From NCBI GenBank assembly GCA_963666835.2, contig CAXXGO010000006.1, positions 1,792,001-1,856,000 of the forward strand: DNA of 64,000 bases, written 5' to 3'. Numbering within the stretch: position 1 is the first letter of the stretch; the number at the start of each line of letters is the position of its first letter. Source of the DNA: Phycisphaerae bacterium. Lineage in GTDB: Bacteria > Planctomycetota > Phycisphaerae > UBA1845. A program made the position numbers and the translations under genes. This document shows, piece after piece, positions 19,562 to 28,800 of this stretch. The notes beneath the pieces are model-generated. The model was not told the DNA's origin and ran no database searches. It saw only the letters and a list, made by a program, of their open reading frames with translations.

Positions 19562-21441
19562 GTGAAATGAGCCGTCCTTAAGGACCGCAATCAAAACCAT
19601 TCGCAATTCCTTTCACCAGAAGCCAACCTTGTGAAATGAGCCGTCCTTAAGGACCGCAATCAAAACGCTACCTCCTTAAGTCAGTTCTCAGTTCTCAGTC
19701 CTCGTGAAATGAGCCGTCCTTAAGGACCGCAATCAAAACGTCCAGCTACAATCGTCGGCTGTTGCATCATCCGTGAAATGAGCCGTCCTTAAGGACCGCA
19801 ATCAAAACTTGAGGGTGTTGAGAGTGGTCATGATCGGTCTCCTGTGAAATGAGCCGTCCTTAAGGACCGCAATCAAAACCCAGTAAAAAACATTATTAAC
19901 ATGACTAACACCCGGTGAAATGAGCCGTCCTTAAGGACCGCAATCAAAACTCGAATTTTTTTAATCTCCAGTTTCATTATATCTCTCCGTGAAATGAGCC
20001 GTCCTTAAGGACCGCAATCAAAACGCTACCTCCTTAAGTCAGTTCTCAGTTCTCAGTCCTCGTGAAATGAGCCGTCCTTAAGGACCGCAATCAAAACGTC
20101 CAGCTACAATCGTCGGCTGTTGCATCATCCGTGAAATGAGCCGTCCTTAAGGACCGCAATCAAAACTTGAGGGTGTTGAGAGTGGTCATGATCGGTCTCC
20201 TGTGAAATGAGCCGTCCTTAAGGACCGCAATCAAAACCCAGTAAAAAACATTATTAACATGACTAACACCCGGTGAAATGAGCCGTCCTTAAGGACCGCA
20301 ATCAAAACTCAACCGTTCTTTTCGCGTATCCATGACTTTCGTGAAATGAGCCGTCCTTAAGGACCGCAATCAAAACCGTTCGTCGCCGTCTTGGTGATCT
20401 TGCCGTCGCGTGAAATGAGCCGTCCTTAAGGACCGCAATCAAAACCGTTGAAATAAATCTGTGCTAGTTCCACTGACAGTGAAATGAGCCGTCCTTAAGG
20501 ACCGCAATCAAAACTGATACGAACTCCTTAGAAAGGGAACCTTGGCCAAGGTGAAATGAGCCGTCCTTAAGGACCGCAATCAAAACTATAAGCGTTTCAT
20601 CGCCTATACTCCTACCGGGTGAAATGAGCCGTCCTTAAGGACCGCAATCAAAACAGACAGCTTCCGCTTCCGCTTCCGATCGCGCGACTCAGTGAAATGA
20701 GCCGTCCTTAAGGACCGCAATCAAAACGACGACCATTTCTGGTCTCCTTTCTTTCTGGTCTCTTGTGAAATGAGCCGTCCTTAAGGACCGCAATCAAAAC
20801 TGTTTCGCTGGGGGCAGGCGAGCGTAGGGACGGAACAGTGAAATGAGCCGTCCTTAAGGACCGCAATCAAAACCCTTAACGCTACCATAACCAGATCTCC
20901 ATATCGGTGAAATGAGCCGTCCTTAAGGACCGCAATCAAAACTCAGCCATCTCAGCCTCCCTAATTTTTTTTGATATAACCTTGGTGAAATGAGCCGTCC
21001 TTAAGGACCGCAATCAAAACTCCCGAACACCCCCAGAAACCCAACCACCGCCGCGTGAAATGAGCCGTCCTTAAGGACCGCAATCAAAACTTGCCTGTAA
21101 CTAGACTAAACATGATTGTTCCTTGGTGAAATGAGCCGTCCTTAAGGACCGCAATCAAAACGAAAATTTCGTCGCGTGTCATGATATTGTTCGGTGAAAT
21201 GAGCCGTCCTTAAGGACCGCAATCAAAACAGCCGCTCCTGAACTCATTCTGATACCTCACGAAGGTGAAATGAGCCGTCCTTAAGGACCGCAATCAAAAC
21301 CACCGCCACCAGCAGCACCGCAATCATGTTCTTCTGTGAAATGAGCCGTCCTTAAGGACCGCAATCAAAACGTACTATCACCCTACAAGGCGTGCTACCT
21401 CCCGGGTGAAATGAGCCGTCCTTAAGGACCGCAATCAGAAT
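19562..21441 (+). CRISPR. CRISPR array: 27 repeats of 36 nt (GTGAAATGAGCCGTCCTTAAGGACCGCAATCAAAAC), 26 spacers of 32-42 nt, 22 unique
   Basis: Counted by hand. The repeat contains the palindrome GTCCTTAAGGAC and ends in ATCAAAAC (type III-like 8-nt tag). The last repeat is degenerate (...ATCAGAAT), which supports + orientation. Confidence 0.98.
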
Positions 21442-21562
21442 GTGATGATGTCAATGCACTCGGAGGATATTGCGGAATGAGATGAGCGGCCCCCAAGAGC
21501 TTGCCAAGATTGGAGCCCCTGCGAGTGTGAGGAACTCGCCGAATCGACGGGCCTGAAGAGGC

Positions 21563-22861
21563 TTAGTGTTCAGCGGGTGGAGGTACGGTTCGGGCGTTGT
21601 AGATGATCGGCTTGCAGTCCCCCTCGGTCTGCACGTACTGGAATTGGTAGTGATCATTGAGCGTGACTACTACACCCACCGCACTCGTGACCTTCTGCCC
21701 ACCGGTCACGTCGATGACGGTGTGCTCCGGAGGGATACTCTTATGGCCGCGGTCCTTTCTGCGGAGGTCAGGTAGGATCTCGCCGGTGAGCACGTCGGAC
21801 AATTCATCGAAGCTCTCGAAATCCAGGCCCTCTTTTAGTATAAACTCGACGCTGGGAAGGTAGTGCTCGAGAAGCCTCTGGCAATCTCCGCCCCGCCCGT
21901 CCGACCCATACGTGGTGCGTCCGTTCTTGTCCGTCTTCTTGCGCGAGGTCAACAGGTAGACGTACCGGAGCGGCTGCCCCTTGTACGGAGCGATCGCACG
22001 AAGGAGCTGCTGCCAGTTCCATTTGATGTACTTCTCGTCTTCGCCCCAGCGGCAGAGCGGGTCCTTGCTGCCAGGTGTTGATCGAAGAACGTCCTGTGCC
22101 GGATCGTCACCGAGCAGTACGGTCGGTTCTGACGCGCGCTGCGTGCTAACCCAGATCTCTTTCTTGTTCTCGCCTTGGTTGAAGTCGACGGTGAAGGCGT
22201 TGCTCGACACGTGCAGGATCAGCGCCTCTACTTTCCCGCCTTGTTTCACGTATTCGTCCGCGTCGACGGGCTCTGACAGTGTTCGATGCACCGTTAGATT
22301 TCGGTGCAGCCGGTGGAGGATAATTACCCCGCCGACCACTACCGTCAGGGCGACGCCGTACGCCCAGTTCGGCAGCAAGTGGTGTGCGTGTAACAGGTGG
22401 TGCATGACGATGGCAAAGGCATGTCCGGACAAAAGGGCCAGGGCGGCCATGAGCACCTCAAGAACGTGCGCTCTTCGTTTGCTTGCCTCCAACTGTTGTT
22501 GCGACCCGCTCCCTTTCTCCGACGGCTGGGGCGTGAACCGCAGTGAGTGCAGCTTATCCGCGGAGTATACGAAGATCCCCAAAGTGCCGACCGCAAACAG
22601 GATGCCAAGGGCTAGAGCCCAGCCGGGTCGGCCGGAAACCGTGTTCAGCACCTCCACCATGAGGTACGCCATAATATGACCGGCCGCGAGCACAAAGACG
22701 AGTAATACGATGAAACCGATGAGGCTCTTTCGGTTTACGCGACGCCCTTCCTTAGCCGTTGCCACGGTACTGCGCTTCTCCCCCTCCAACGGGGTGCCAT
22801 CGCTATCGCTCTCGGTTGCGCCAACTGGTCGAACCGGCGACTCTCCGTCATCATTGGACAT
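21563..22861 (-). CDS. Membrane-anchored CARF effector (4 TM + CARF), Cam1-like architecture
   Basis: Four N-terminal hydrophobic helices; C-terminal Rossmann-like region with YVYLLTS, DFESFDEL and the CARF motif VIDVTGGQKVTS; no nuclease domain; adjacent to the array and csx3; GGAG RBS before ATG 22861. Confidence 0.8.
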   Translation of the reverse strand: MSNDDGESPVRPVGATESDSDGTPLEGEKRSTVATAKEGRRVNRKSLIGFIVLLVFVLAAGHIMAYLMVEVLNTVSGRPGWALALGILFAVGTLGIFVYSADKLHSLRFTPQPSEKGSGSQQQLEASKRRAHVLEVLMAALALLSGHAFAIVMHHLLHAHHLLPNWAYGVALTVVVGGVIILHRLHRNLTVHRTLSEPVDADEYVKQGGKVEALILHVSSNAFTVDFNQGENKKEIWVSTQRASEPTVLLGDDPAQDVLRSTPGSKDPLCRWGEDEKYIKWNWQQLLRAIAPYKGQPLRYVYLLTSRKKTDKNGRTTYGSDGRGGDCQRLLEHYLPSVEFILKEGLDFESFDELSDVLTGEILPDLRRKDRGHKSIPPEHTVIDVTGGQKVTSAVGVVVTLNDHYQFQYVQTEGDCKPIIYNARTVPPPAEH

Positions 22862-22917
22862 GCGTATTCTCCCTGAAGGGACTTCAGACGAGACGAGCTT
22901 AACCAAATGCAATCAGA

Positions 22918-23256
22918 TCAGTGAGCATCTGTCAAGTTTGCGATCCGGACTAATTCACCAACTTGCGGCGCTTCGGACTTGTGCCTTGCGACGACGATCG
23001 CGCCATTCTCACGCGGGTCATACAGCGCGAGCCAGGCAAACGCGTGCGCCAAGTGTACTAAATAAGCATAGAGCCATACAGGGCCACGGCCGGAGAGTAC
23101 AAGCCCGAGGTGCCGATATGCATCGAGCTCGACCGGCAGCTTGATCTCGGCCAACCGCCTGTAGTCGAGCAACCCATCAGGCGTGGTCGCGTGGAACTCT
23201 GCATAGCTGAGAGCGTTTCCCGTAGTGATCTTCCAACCGAGCATCTCCGACGTCAT
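22918..23256 (-). CDS. csx3: Csx3/Crn3 ring nuclease
   Basis: 112 aa; GLVLSGRGPVWLYAYLVH..H..AWLALYDPR..GAIVVARH is the Csx3 signature. Confidence 0.9.
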   Translation of the reverse strand: MTSEMLGWKITTGNALSYAEFHATTPDGLLDYRRLAEIKLPVELDAYRHLGLVLSGRGPVWLYAYLVHLAHAFAWLALYDPRENGAIVVARHKSEAPQVGELVRIANLTDAH

Positions 23257-23323
23257 TTCTGCCCGCCTCCCTTATTGTGCGTATTCGCTCACCCTTAGGC
23301 CACAACAACAGTGTATTTGTATT

Positions 23324-24187
23324 CTACAAAAAAGGCGACCACCGGGGAACCGCATAGAAGACCCCGGGGGCTGTATTCGTAATGGACGAGAAGCCGCCCA
23401 AGGCGAACACTCGCTCAAAGAACCCGGCCGTGATTGTCACCCCGTCCAGCACGGTCGTGCTGCCTACGCCCATGCTGACGACTACATGATAGCTGTTGTC
23501 TCCGGTATTCAGTCTCGTGATACAGGAGCCACCGCTGCACAACCCTCCGTGCGAATCACAATCTGGCGAGTCCTCCGTACATGGAACCGGCTCATCGTTG
23601 CGCATCAGGTCGCCGTTGAGGATGGTCTCGTTGGCAACGAAATCACGGTCGGCCAAGTTGAACGTGTCTGGGTTTTCATCGCCAAAGAAGCCACCGTAGA
23701 TGGCCACGCCGTTGACTAGCCCAAATGTCTCCGATCGCTCACCGGGTGTAACGATCTCGCCTTCATCCTGATCGGGATAATAGGTTCCACCGGTGACCCA
23801 GATCACATCCCCCTCTTCTGCAACGGCAAGGGCATCCTGGAGATACTTGTATGCCTTGAGCCACGTCGTTCCGTCACCATCGATGGGTGCGTCATCGTCG
23901 ACGTAAATCACGGCCTCTGTGAGCGGAACCCAGAATCCACCGCACATGGTAAAACCCCCATCGCTAGCCGTTCCAGATGCCGGCTGGCTTATGGTCCCCG
24001 TCAATGTAAACTCGCCGCCGAAGGTGGACGCTTTCTCACCACCCCCGGCAATCACCTCCTTCTTCATCTCGAAGTCCTGCGCATAGTCCAAGCGAGGCGC
24101 GCTGAGGACTATCAGAGCACCGATCGCAATGGTGCCGATCCAAGAACGACGGTTACGGTTACCACGCACATCTAGCAATATGTTCAT
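23324..24187 (-). pseudogene. Secreted beta-helix (pectin-lyase-like) protein, apparently 3'-truncated
   Basis: Signal peptide, GGG...TLTGTISQP...GGFW module, then VIYVDDDA..DGTTW..AYKYLQDAL, NSYHVV, LDGVTITAG; family-like sequence stops near 23425, where the beta-helix should continue. Confidence 0.6.
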
Positions 24188-24296
24188 ACTGAACCTCCGT
24201 TGCCGCCGGGACTACCGGCCAAACCATCTGCATCGCTTCCAGGAGGCCGCGTCGCACAGACTGCAGTAAGGTACGAACGACGAGTAACGGTGATTG

Positions 24297-25190
24297 TCAT
24301 GGGATGCAGACACAGCAACTGCCACACTCACCCTCATCAGCAGTTATCGAACAGCTCCCATTATCAGAAGTCGCCTCGCAATGGCCACTGGGCCCCGGGC
24401 AAAAACCGCTACCAAAGTGTACATGGCCTTCGCCACAAACAATGTGACATTGCAGGCTGGTCCAGCAGTCATCCATTTTCTGGCAGACGGCAATCGTAGT
24501 AACGGCCGGCCCAGGTGGCCCCTGCTCGCCTTGGTCACCTTGAATCCCCTGTGGTCCAGGAGGTCCCTGTTCGCCTTGAGCACCTTGTATCCCCTGTGGT
24601 CCAGGCGGCCCCTATTCACCTTGGTCGCCCGGTACACCCTGTGGTCCAGGTGGCCCTTCGGGACCCACCGGACCTGAGCAGTCAAGGACATCCACGAAAC
24701 CGTCACCATTGATGTCTTCGCTTAAGATGTCTCCAATACCGTTCTCATTCAGGTCCCAGCAATTGACGCCGTCGGTACCGGGCGAGCCACTTGCGGCATT
24801 GAGGGCGTGTACGGCATAGGGCGTGGGCGCAAACCGGAAGCGCGGCGAGAGGACAAAGTACGCGCCAACACCCGCGACCCGAACGTGAATCTCCATCCAG
24901 CGGGCGTCACCCGCGAAGATGGCCCCTCCGAAGTCCAGGTCCACGGAGATCTGGCCGTCAGTCACCGGCTCGTTGAGCATTTCAATAGTGGAGCCGACCT
25001 GAGCGCCCCCGAACTCGGCGTCATACACCAGGTATCGAAAGTCAAACTGACCGTTCGCGAGTCCGCTCGCGTCGTTCAGTTGGCCCTGGTAGTGGATCGC
25101 AGTGCCCACGGGAGTTTGAGCGTCAACGGCAAACAAGAAGCCTAGTACACCCACTAGAAAGACCAGAGGTACGGTCGGTTGTGTTCTCAT
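24297..25190 (-). pseudogene. Secreted collagen-like protein with an in-frame TAG at 24612-24614
   Basis: Signal peptide, YQGQL domain, G-X-Y repeats. GDQGE*GPPGPQG aligns with neighbouring GEQGPPGPQG repeats (CAG>TAG); the frame continues through more collagen and a Cys-rich tail to TGA 24297. Confidence 0.8.
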
Positions 25191-25831
25191 GTTTCTTCTC
25201 CTTCGTAGTGTCGTTTGGAGAAAACGCACTTCCACGCCAGCCGCAGCAAGCGCGTTCCCCTTCTCTGGTCCAGACTAACTCAATAAGATTGGTCGCTCGG
25301 GCGCCAGCTTGACATGATCGCAAGCAACGTGATGTTCCCCGCTTTTGGCCATCGCTTCCAGCCGACGTCCCGTAGCGATCGTGAAGCAGCAATAGTACGG
25401 AGTTCCGGCACTGACATCAACAGATGCCGTCGAGTATTCCCGTAGTGGATTGTGGCTCATACGCTCGCTGATCCGACTGTCGTTCCCGAGTATTCGATCC
25501 GTGTGTAACGAAGGCCTCAGAGGCGCGCCATGTGCGGCTTTCCCGAACAACCTACTGCCGCTTCTGGATCGAGCTGGTGTCGGGTCCTCACACACGAACG
25601 TCGGAAGCTCGTCCATGCGAGCGCCCCGAAACCGCCCCACCTCTGATTGGACGGACGATCACCGTTGGACCAACGGTGTCGGTGAGGGCTTGCAGTTCAA
25701 CGACAACGCTAACGCCGTGCCCTCGACGCTGGAGGGATAGCAGACCTGCCGCCCCCCGGTAGACTCTCATTCGCGCCGTACCCCGTACGGCGACTCACTA
25801 TGACGACGCTGGGGAACAGCTGCTGGCACCC

Positions 25832-28800
25832 TCAGGCCCGCCGTGGTCGACGGCGCCTGGGCCCATGAAGCCGTAGGCCGACCCAGCCGAATGTCCCGAT
25901 TACGACGCATACCCACGATCCCTCGCCGCAAGCGCCACATGGGGCGCCGACGTTGGTCTCACAACAGTCTTGCTCCTCGTTGCACCTGTCGCCCACCCCA
26001 CACGGTGAGTTTCCCGTTTGGCACGTCATGTCGAGGCACAACTCTGCCCCATTGCAGAACTGGCCGTCGTCGCAATCCGAATCCTCCGTGCAGTCGACCG
26101 TTTGGAAGTTCGCGGTAATGACTTTGTTGGAGTCCATGGAGACGATCAGTGGATTGTCCTGTTCTCTACCTTGTTCGACGGAACCCGACCATTCGCTGAA
26201 TACGCAGGGACGGGGGCAGTCGACCGACGCTGGAGTCGGCACGCAGCGGCCGTCACAGGTATCCGAAGGACAAACGTCATCACATGTCTGCGGTGCCACG
26301 GCGACGAAGATCCGTACTAATGAAGCGTTCTGATGCAGCGTCGCCGGTAGTTCCTGACCGGGGTCCGACGGAGTTGGATTAACGGAGAGCTCTAGATCCC
26401 AAATACGCTGACAGTCGCCGTCGATACACTGCTCATCATCGGGACATTCGATTGCCACATTCGCGCAACCCGAGATCGGATCGCACGAGTCCTCCGTGCA
26501 GGGGTCATCATCGCTGCAATCAAGTGGCGTTCCATCTACGCATGTTCGCTCTTCGCAGGTTTCCAGCCCGTTGCATGCGTTTCCGTCATCGCATTCTTCA
26601 TCGGACGTACAGGGGCATTCCTCGCACCGATCCAACGCCTCGCAGCAAGGCCCATCACACGGCGGGATACCTGATTCGCAACCGCCATCGACACATTCCT
26701 CCGCACCGTTGCAATAGATGCCGTCGTCGCACACGACGGGGTCGAATATGCAGGCACCGTCGACGCACGTATCCGTCGTGCAGGCATCTTCATCGTCACA
26801 TGTGATCGGCTCATAAACACACGTGCCATCTTCGCAGGAGTCCGTCGTACACTCATCGTCATCATCACAATTCACCCCATCACACGGGTCGACGCCGCAA
26901 CCCGGTATCGGCACGTGAACACAACCGATCGCCGGGTTGCACGAGTCGGTTGTGCAGTCGTTGCCGTCGTTGCAGTTGAGTGCCGTACCGGGTTGACAGC
27001 CGATTGCTGGATCACACGTCTCCTGGCCGTTGCAGGCGTTGCCGTCGCTGCAAGAGGCATCGTCGACGCACGCAGCACCAAACGCGAGATAGGTCGGGCC
27101 CTCAAGACCGCAACCGGTAGCAAAGACGCAGGGATTGGCCGGCGACCCATCGGTCCCGTCGAACTCCAGGATAGCATCGGACCCCAGGCTGGACACAAAG
27201 ACGTTTCCGTTCGGTCCGATTGTGATGCCTTGCGGTCCGCTCAGTCCACAGGTCCCGGGTGCCACGAAATCACCAACGCACCTCTGTGCCGGGTCCTCGA
27301 TCGACAAATCGAACTCCACCACCGAATCTGCATCGTGGTTGGCTACAAGCACGTGCCCGTTCGGCAGCACCGCGATCCCCACCGGCGTATCCAGACCGCA
27401 ACCGCTGGCCACGACCTCACACGTTTCCCCCGTCGTCGTGTCGAACGAGATGATACTGCCCGTTTCCTCGCTCACTACTAGCAGCTCCCCGCCGGCCGTG
27501 AACACGACGCCGTTGGGACCTTCCAGCCCGCAGCCGGCGGCCGCGAACCCCGGGTCCTGTTCGCCCGTCTCCCCGTCAAACCGAAGTACTCGATGAGTAC
27601 GCCAATCCGTGGCGTACAGCTTGCCATCCGGGCCGAACGCAATCCCAGAGGACGTGATGCCTTCGACGAAATCTCGCACGAACTCGCCCGTGCAGTCCCC
27701 TGCCACCTTACGATATTCCTTGATGCTCGACGTCTCGACACTTGCCACAACGAGGTTCCCGGTGTGTGGAGACACCGCAAGGCCATTCGCATAGTCGATT
27801 CCGCCGATACCTCTCGGCACCAACGGCGAGAGGTTCTCCCCCGTCCCCGCGTCGAACAAGGCAACGCTGTCGCCGCCGAAGCTGCCGACATAGACTAATG
27901 CCCCGCGCCCACTGGCCCACGGATTCGGCAGGCACTCCGCACAGTCCTCTACACAGCATTCACCCGCCTCGCATGGGTCACCGGTTGATTCACATTCGCC
28001 GTCGACGCACACTTCATCTCCGTCACAATAGGCCCCGTTGTCCTCGCAGTGTTCATCAACCAGACAGTCCACGCACCTGTCGTTCTCCTCGTCACACTGC
28101 GCTACGCACGGATCCTCCACGTCGCGACATGCGCCGGCCTCGCATTCCTCCTCCCCGTTACAGTATAGGCCATCGGCACACACATTCGAGTCGTCCGGCG
28201 TAAAGACGCACCCCGTACTCGGCTCACACGAATCGTCCGTACATGGGTTTGCATCATCGCACTCTGCATCGGTCATACACACGACGCATGCGTCGTTACC
28301 CTCGTCACATACGAGGCCATCATCGATACACGGATCTCCACTGGACTGGCACGCCTGATCCACGCAGGAGTCAACTCCTGTGCAGAACAGGTGGTCCTCG
28401 CAATCCGCGTCCGAGAGGCACTCAACACACGCCTCCCTGCCCTCGTCACAGACAAGACCTGCCGCGAGGCACGGGTCGCCGGTCGATACGCACAAGCAGC
28501 CGTCATCGCAAACCTCTTCACCGTCGCAAAAGACCCCGTTGTCGTTGCAGTCGCCCGATGTAAAGCAGGCGCAGCACCGTCGGTTGGGTTCGTCGCATAG
28601 TTGGTCCAGATGTGTGCAGGGGTCTCCGTCTGACGCACAGAATCCGTCCATACATACTTCGCTCCCGTTACAGTACACGCCATCATCCGCGCACTCGCCG
28701 TCATGGAAGCACTCCACGCAGTCCTCTAGGTCCTCATCGCAACGAAGTCCGGTGCCGATGCAGGGGTCTCCGCTCGATTCGCACCGGCCGGCATCACATG

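Noticed and set aside
19598..21405. Spacers self-targeting genes inside this window
   Set aside because: I noticed no match to gene starts here by eye; this was not exhaustive and needs an alignment.
24612..24614. Genetic-code reassignment of TAG (or of TGA at the IS66 fragment)
   Set aside because: Single instances in decaying genes; TAG and TGA terminate many intact genes in the window, e.g. cmr6 and cas2.
25250..25830. ncRNA or small genes in the long intergenic gaps (also 34150-34980)
   Set aside because: No recognisable RNA motif or convincing ORF; cannot be supported without a covariance-model search.
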